In this document: positions 56,969-64,000 of the stretch, one piece after another
Numbering within the stretch: the stretch's first letter is position 1
Layout of the letters: the number at the start of each line of letters is the position of its first letter
From: Ruditapes philippinarum
Taxonomy: Eukaryota
Assembly (NCBI RefSeq): GCF_026571515.1
Contig: NW_026867088.1
Coordinates: 62,001 to 126,000, forward strand
DNA length: 64,000 bases
Direction: 5' to 3'
The notes under the pieces: model-generated
Database searches by the model: none
What the model was told of the DNA's origin: nothing
Seen by the model: only the letters and a program-made list of their open reading frames with translations
Position numbers and translations under genes: made by a program

Positions 56969-58409
56969 TGTATTTATGTTGGTGGTTTCCCTGAGCAAAA
57001 TATTCCATTTGCTATCCAGTTGCGGGCTTGTGCCAGCAATAAGCACTGAGCGGCACCTGAGGTCTTCCTCCACCAGTAAAGCCAGAAAGTAATCATAATT
57101 TATGATCTTTACTAAAGTGTTGGTAACAATAAATTAATTATTCTCCCAATTACGGACACCCTGAAATAGCTATATACCCTTTTATCTGTATTATTTTTGA
57201 TCTATTTCTGCCACTTAGTTACTGGTCATCACAATATACATGTAGATAGTTCCCAGTTTTTGCAATATTTGTTCCGCTTGACAGTAGTGGCAGCCATTTT
57301 GGGGTAAATATTCTATCGGATGTGAATGATTTTTTTTCAGTTTTCATGAAGATGATAGAATTATAAGAGATATTTTATCATATCTTTAGCACATGATATA
57401 TTGGGAAGGACCTCCAAAAAGTGGTAGCCAGGGGAGGTAATAATTGCTATGTGAAAAGCATGTTTAACTTGTCCCATTTTCTGGTTGTCACACAGTTACT
57501 GGTAAGGGGTCGTAACACACAACATGGTTCAAGCCTTACCTTGGTGCTTAACACTGCATGCCAACAAATTACAGGTGGGAAGTTCAGCAGCACAATCTAA
57601 GTTTCCATTGTACAGGGAGGAAAACGATACAAAATAAGAAAATTAAAGGGACATCATTGAACCAACATATGCTGCTAGTTTAGAGAGCTCCTTACAGGAA
57701 GCTTACAATGAAGATACACTATTACACAATACAGCAGCTCACTAAAGACTGACATTTCATATATACACGTTCAAGTACATGAAGCAGTTAAATGACAGTA
57801 GATAGCTGACACAGCCTAGGCTAAACAAGTTGCCTTGTTCTTTATGTTTGTAGGACTTAAGTCACAGCGACAATGTAAGGACATAACGCAATTTTCCAGC
57901 TTCATTGGGTGATAAAAAACCCGCAGGTACCCGTCTCTTTGTGCATTGTTTCAGGCACAGGTAAGCTAGCTGGATAAGCTCCCACACATTTAAAATAGGT
58001 TTGAATTTTCATCAACTCTCGGAGTCAAATAAAAGAACTTCACTCGGGATATTTATGTTCAAGAAAAAAAAACCCACAAAACATTTCACTGGAATTATTT
58101 TAATTAGCCTTCATTTTGAAGACTGATAAATTTTTTTTCATGACAACAGTCTTATACATAATTGAAAATACAAAATATTTACACGAAATATGGAATAATT
58201 ATAATAGTAACAAGAAAAAAAAGAAAATCTGGACTAATGTTTCTCTACGCACACTGATTAGCAATAATGTATTTATAGTATATATAATAAGAAAAATCAC
58301 AAAATAATAAAAATGTACAAGAAAATGCCATATATGTATTTTATCAACTACAATAATCAAAATCAGCTTCATGCATAATTATGATTTTATTATGAAGAGA
58401 TTTTATGCC

Positions 58410-58542
58410 ATTGCTGACAAGCCTAGTCTTACAATTTGTGTTAAGTCTAGACTAACAATTGCTAACAAGCCTAGTCTTACAATTGGTGTTAAGTCTAGAC
58501 TTACAATTGCTAACAAGCCTAGACTTACCAGTGCTGACAAGC
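58410..58542. repeat. Short tandem repeat with a 24/48-bp period
   Basis: GCTAACAAGCCTAGTCTTACAATT alternating with GTGTTAAGTCTAGACT(A/T)ACAATT. Confidence 0.8.
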
Positions 58543-59173
58543 ATAAATCATGAGACAGAAAAAGTGAGAAATATTTTCTGTAGCAGCCTTATTCTTGTCT
58601 TCTTTTGGGGGAAAACAATACTCTTGGAATTTGGGAATATTTCAGTCATATAAACAGCAAAATAAGAAAAACCCAACCTGGTATAATGTATTCAATTTGC
58701 TGCTTTTTTTTTTAAATGATTCAAGATGTTATTTTCTTCAAATAACCTTATCAAAAAAAATTGATTAACAAAAATATTTTTTAGAATATTCCCTAATGAA
58801 TCGCCTTTTCTATAATTCATACAACAATAAACAAAGTAGATAAAAAATCCAACACTCAAAATATTATTCTTTTACATGTAGATCAACAGTAAAAGAAATA
58901 AATCAGTTTAACAAATAATGAAAGTTACACCATTAACAAAGAAGACCAGGAAATAAGAGAAAAAAAAGAAGACATTTATAAGATATTATTGAGATCAAAA
59001 TGAAAAGAAAATACTGCTGATAATTGTGTCTTAAAGTTTTATATACATTATATGTAAACATATCATAATAACCAGTTATCTTGTAAAGGTATAAAGACTT
59101 TGTATATACTTTGTATACACAAAACATTCTGGAAAGCGGAAATCTCTCTGGAGCAATGAAAAACGAGAACAAA

Positions 59174-59383
59174 TGAGCCGCGTCACGACAAAACCAACAT
59201 AGCGCGTTTGCGACCAGCATGGATCCAGACCAGCCTGCGCTTATGCGCAGTCTGATCAGGATCCATGCTGTTCGCTTACCAACTCTATTACAAGTAGAGA
59301 AACTGATAGCGAACAGCATGGATCCTGATCAGACTGCGCCAATCGCAAAACTCATAATGTTGGTTTTGTTGTGACGTGGCTCA
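59174..59383. mobile_element. Palindromic MITE family A, copy 5
   Basis: TGAGCCGCGTCACGACAAAACCAAC ... GTTGGTTTTGTTGTGACGTGGCTCA. Confidence 0.9.
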
Positions 59384-60994
59384 AATAGTTGAAAATGTCT
59401 ATTTTGGTTATATCAAGTCTGTTCATGGAAGATAATGTATAGTGGAATATTTTTCAGATGCTCAATTGGTTCTCAAAGCTCAAAGCAAAGAAAGTAATGG
59501 TTATCATTTATCCTAAAGGACCTAAAATATGACAACAATGAAATGACATATGGGGCAACCATTTTTAGAATTAACTCCCATTGAAATTTAAAGTGTTTAT
59601 ATCTATTTGTAACCTCTACTTTACTTCAGATTAATTTCATTGCATTAAAATCAGTGGAAAATAAGTGACTACAAATTTTATTAATCAAAGCTCATAAATA
59701 AAAGGGAAATAAATTCTATTTATCAAATTTCATCACATAAACAAATTTCATCGCATAAATAATTGAACTCAATCACATTGATTTTATCATAAAATAGATG
59801 GGTAGAGAACATACATGTAGAATGAAAAATTATACTTTATAATCTTTCAAACTGTTTCAAATTATACTAAAATGTTGAAACTGATTAATATCTAAAGCAA
59901 AGCATCAGAACAAAATTTACTTATGTTGTCAGTTCTAATATTCAGAATTCAGGAAACCTATCTTATCTGCTTACACTCATTTTTATTTATTTGTCTGAAA
60001 ATTGTCATAAACTGCCTCAAAGAAATAAAATAATGCCAAAGGAAAATAAATAAAATAAAAGATTGTCACAAACTGCCCTAAAGAGCATGAAATAAACTTG
60101 CCTTACAGAACAAGAAATAAATCCAAAGGGGAACAAATTAATCTTAAACTGCCCTAAAGAGCACGAAATAAAGTCAAAGGAGATTAAATAAACTGACTGC
60201 AAATTTGACACCTGAAGCTTTTTTTGAAAATTATACATCTTTTTTCTCCTTTTTTGTGTGACAGATGCGACATCAATTTCTACCGCCAGACAATTTATGA
60301 AGTATTAAACAAGTAGTTGTCTTATAACACAGGCAAACTTAGCATATATGACCATCTCTGAACAAAATCTCGTATCAGAAAGTCATACTTTTTCAATAGA
60401 TGTAAAAAATTATAGTTTTGCATGTGAGTAAAACATATAATTACTCAGATTAACCAAGTTTATCTATAATAAAATTGTGAATATATTATTAACTGAATTG
60501 AAAATGAAATTACTGATGACAGATCTGTCACATGTAAAAAATAATGAAATTTTTGTTGAAAAGTGTTATATGGCCACAAAAAGGTGAGGAGTGGTGAGTG
60601 ATCTTAACCAGTCAACCCGCGAGTGTTTAATGCAACAAATTCAAACCAGTCAACCATAACGACATAATATGAACACTCGTAGAGCTACAGTGATGTCAGA
60701 CTGCCATGACAAACTTGTTTTTTATTATGTGATCATGAAAGTACTAGAAATATTCTGTACAAATTTTTATTATGCTCTTTCATTTCTGTATTAATGAAAA
60801 ATGTCTTAAAAAATGCAACGGTCACTATAAAGCAAATACCTTACAAAATTCCAAAACTAATGACACAACATTATGATGCATTATGGTCTTGAATCACAAA
60901 ACTGCATATATATTTATCTATACAGAAAAATGACTAAAATTTAGCACTTTATATACCAGTAGACACACAAAACTTGCAACACATACAACAATAA

Positions 60995-61231
60995 TGAGCT
61001 GCGTCATGACAAAACCAACATAATGGATTTGTGACCAGCATGGATCCAGACCAGCCTGCGCATCCATGCAGTCTGATCAGGATCCATGCTGTTCGCTATC
61101 AGTTTCTCTACTTGTTATAGATTTTGTAAGCGAACAGCATGGATCCTGATCAGACTGCGCGGATGCGCAGGCTGGTCTGGATCCATGCCGGTCGCAAACC
61201 CATTATGTTGGTTTTGTTATGGCGTGGCTCA
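60995..61231. mobile_element. Palindromic MITE family A, copy 6 (near full length)
   Basis: Near-perfect inverted arms of about 100 bp around a short loop. Confidence 0.9.
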
Positions 61232-62722
61232 ATTTAACATTACATCATATCCTTGTATAAAATAAATTAAGCACATCTATATTGTACAACTGATGTTCCA
61301 TCATTCATTATTAACAATAGTTAATCTGTCAAAACAAATTTTATATAGTCAATTCATGCAATTTTTCTCCCTTTTTTTTAATCTGAATTTCAGAAAATTT
61401 ACCTGAAATTGTCAAAAGATTAAATCATGTTTGAAGTTTTTCAAATTAAACTTTCAAGCATGACACTCATATCAGTGTTCACAATATAATAATATTAATA
61501 AAACTCACAAAAAAAAAAATGTTTGAAAAATGTAATATTTTTTTCAATATAAGAAAAAAATTTTGTCCTAAATTTTGAATCTGTATTTTATACTTTTTAG
61601 TAAACCTTTAATTAGCAGCTTTATATTATTAGATTTGATGTTTAACATCCGCAACAAAATCTTCGATATTCAATTAACCAATTTGTTAACATTTTCACTG
61701 TTGAATTACATCTTTTACATAAACAAACCTTGTCTTTAACCTTATCTTTTCTATAAAATAATTAAATAAACTGGTCTGCCAACATTTACCTTTAAAATTG
61801 CAACTTTTACATCATATAAACCCATTATATTAACAGATAGCTTTCATATAACATATTTAAACCATTCTGTGAATTATTTTACATTTTTTCAAATGTATCA
61901 ACAAATCTGTGGACATATAACTTTCTTATTACATCTTTTACAAAAAAAACCCAAAAAACCCCCCAACTTTTAGCTATATTTATCCGATACATTCAGTAAC
62001 CATCCCTCACATTCTGTAACAAAGTTGTTCCATTTTTCACTTGTTTATATATCTACCTCCTGGGTTTGTTTGTTTTGTTCTAATAATCTAGCACATAATC
62101 TAAGAATAATGTTAAGAGCTGCCTTTCAAATAGTTTGCTGACATTCCGAACACATCAGTCTTTTTGTTCACACCCTTTACACCAAATGACAGTATGTGTT
62201 CAAAAATTACGACCTTCACTTTTACATATTACTACAAACGACACAAATCTTGCATTTTAGTTCTAATACATCACTTTGTAGAACAAATACTTTGCATTTT
62301 CCCCCCTGCACAGCAGTTCCAGAAACAAACCTATCCATGAACACTCGAACATCAACCTGGTGTTCATATATTTTGAACACCAGTCTTTTTAATATTCCTT
62401 GGATACCAGTTCGGTATTTTCGTATTTCAAACACCTGTTCAGTGTTTTAATATTTAGAACACATGCCCAGTTTTTACATTTTCTGAACACCACTGTTAAA
62501 TTTCTTGTTCCGAACACCAATCTTGGTTGTTTATGTTTTTATTTGAACACCTGTCTTGGTTTAACACATCAGGAACCAGTCTGGGATTTAGTTTGTTTTT
62601 GTGGACCCCAGTCTGTATTTCCAGTACGTAAAAAAAACAACAATTGTGTAAATTTGTCACATATTGCACCAAAAAGATTTTGTATATAAATACAGTGTTA
62701 GCACACACCCAGGTTATCGCCC

Positions 62723-62803
62723 TCAGTGCGGTGGAGGAAGGCCAGATCCGAATCTCTCCCTGTCCATTGCCATGCGTTGGAGGGCCTCATGATGGGCTTG
62801 TAA
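62723..62803 (-). CDS. RERE: Last coding exon of a probable atrophin/RERE-like transcriptional corepressor; the rest of the gene lies further right, mostly or wholly beyond the window
   Basis: Acceptor tttatatttccag| followed by LQAHHEALQRMAMDRERFGSGLPPPH*. This is a GC-rich coding-like island and resembles the atrophin-family C-terminal motif (Q/H-EALQR-x-AMERER), recalled from memory. Only 26 aa are visible. Confidence 0.6.
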   Translation of the reverse strand, partial: LQAHHEALQRMAMDRERFGSGLPPPH

Positions 62804-63021
62804 CTGGAAATATAAACAACAAAACTAGTCAGCTATTATTTCATTCATAAACATTTTAGATTGCTACAAAAACTAAGCATTATTTAAACAGTATTTTAGA
62901 CACACAGGTTCAGATTCTTTTGTCAGATTGCAATTGTTAACTAAAAAGGTACAGTGGCTGAAGTGGTTATAGTCGCATCTGTTTAACTGTGAAAACTTTG
63001 GTTTCAAGCCCTATACGTGTC

Positions 63022-63210
63022 ATCAGGTGCCCTTCCACACATTATTTCAGGCATGAACGGGCACTTTAATAGAACCACCGATGTTCTGTAAGCTAGCTGG
63101 ATAGCTTCCTCACATGAAAGAATCCTAGTCCCTGTTTGGATTCAAACCCACATTGGTTAAGGGCAAGTGGTTTGAAGTCAACAAACTTAACCACTCGTCC
63201 ATGGATGCCC
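63022..63210 (-). mobile_element. tRNA-derived SINE (family S1), reverse; further fragments near 37160-37295, 39315-39385, 56700-57125 and 57834-57990
   Basis: GTAAGCTAGCTGGATAGCTTCCTCACATG, GGATTCAAACCC, CTTAACCACTCG. Confidence 0.75.
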
Positions 63211-64000
63211 CCATTTACACAGGTAAATTTGCATAAAACATCATTAATTTAGAAAGAACAGCTTTGCAATACATTGTACATTGTGTATATATTTTTACAA
63301 TAGAGAAACTTCAATAATTTTTTTTTTTTTTCGTTTATCAGGGACTGCTTCAAATTCTCTAGGAACCTCTAAATTCTCTTGCCACATTATTTTCTATGTA
63401 CCTGTCTTGATATATGCAAACACATCTCAATTACAGAAAAGCAATTTCTTTGATGAATACTTTGACAAATCTTCCATGGTAACAATTCATGGAATCTCGA
63501 AATAACTCGGATTTATATAAATTCTTTCTCTTTATGTTTCATACTTGTAAAGAAATTCCTATTAACAGTAATGATGATAATGGGGGAAAAATCCAGGATG
63601 CCTGAACATTTGAATAATTATGATATACAGTTCTGAATAGGTTTGATTAATAATATTACGTTAATTTTGTATGTTTACCTATCTAAATATCTCTGTCGTC
63701 CCAGTACAAGACTGTTTACACCTGGGTCTTTATTAACATGTCATTTACAATTATATTGCACCAAATGCAATAATTAGCTTATGATATACCAGCATATGTG
63801 TATTGTACCTTTTTACTATACGTAAAAAGATCTCTATTGAAAAAGTGTATGAAAAAAATATCATATGTACATGCCTTTAATACCATTTCATTGACTGAAC
63901 TTCTTTTTCTATCCAATTTTGTATAGTTGCCTTACTTTGCTATCATTACCAAAACTGTCTATATCAAATTCAAGTCATTTACATGGTAAAAATACAAAAC

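Noticed and set aside
59010-59016. miR-8/miR-200 seed match downstream of the atrophin-like stop
   Set aside because: A single 7-mer in several kb of AT-rich DNA is expected by chance, and the UTR extent is unknown.
62330-62570. CRISPR-like short motif with variable spacers; ORFs 62196-62450, 62222-62434, 62399-62689 and 62496-62708
   Set aside because: The conserved part is only 6-7 nt and the spacing is irregular. The ORFs show no recognisable domains and lie downstream of the atrophin-like stop codon.

Overview
AT-rich, intron-rich animal genomic DNA. The repeat families and frequent TACATGTA suggest a bivalve mollusc (inference). Most ORFs in the supplied track are spurious. I rebuilt the genes by hand from GT-AG splice sites and reading-frame continuity. 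(1) A complete 16-exon NRF-6-like/acyltransferase-3 gene on the minus strand (3576-15635, 721 aa). (2) A complete gene with 9 coding exons on the minus strand (19514-25829, 637 aa) for a signal-peptide protein that I cannot match to a named gene. It carries a PPDFDDT (DxDD) motif and other motifs in the order seen in class II terpene cyclase beta-domains, and is the most interesting object here. (3) A FoxJ2/J3 forkhead gene on the plus strand (about 32434-48304); its first coding exon is broken by homopolymer +1 insertions that look like assembly error. (4) The probable last coding exon of an atrophin/RERE-like gene on the minus strand (62723-62803). Two minisatellites are built from real splice junctions: 38 units over a FoxJ donor, and 6 copies of an acceptor in gene 2. 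The rest is MITEs, TTAA-flanked non-autonomous DNA transposons, tRNA-derived SINEs and minisatellites. No CRISPR array, rRNA or intact tRNA was found.
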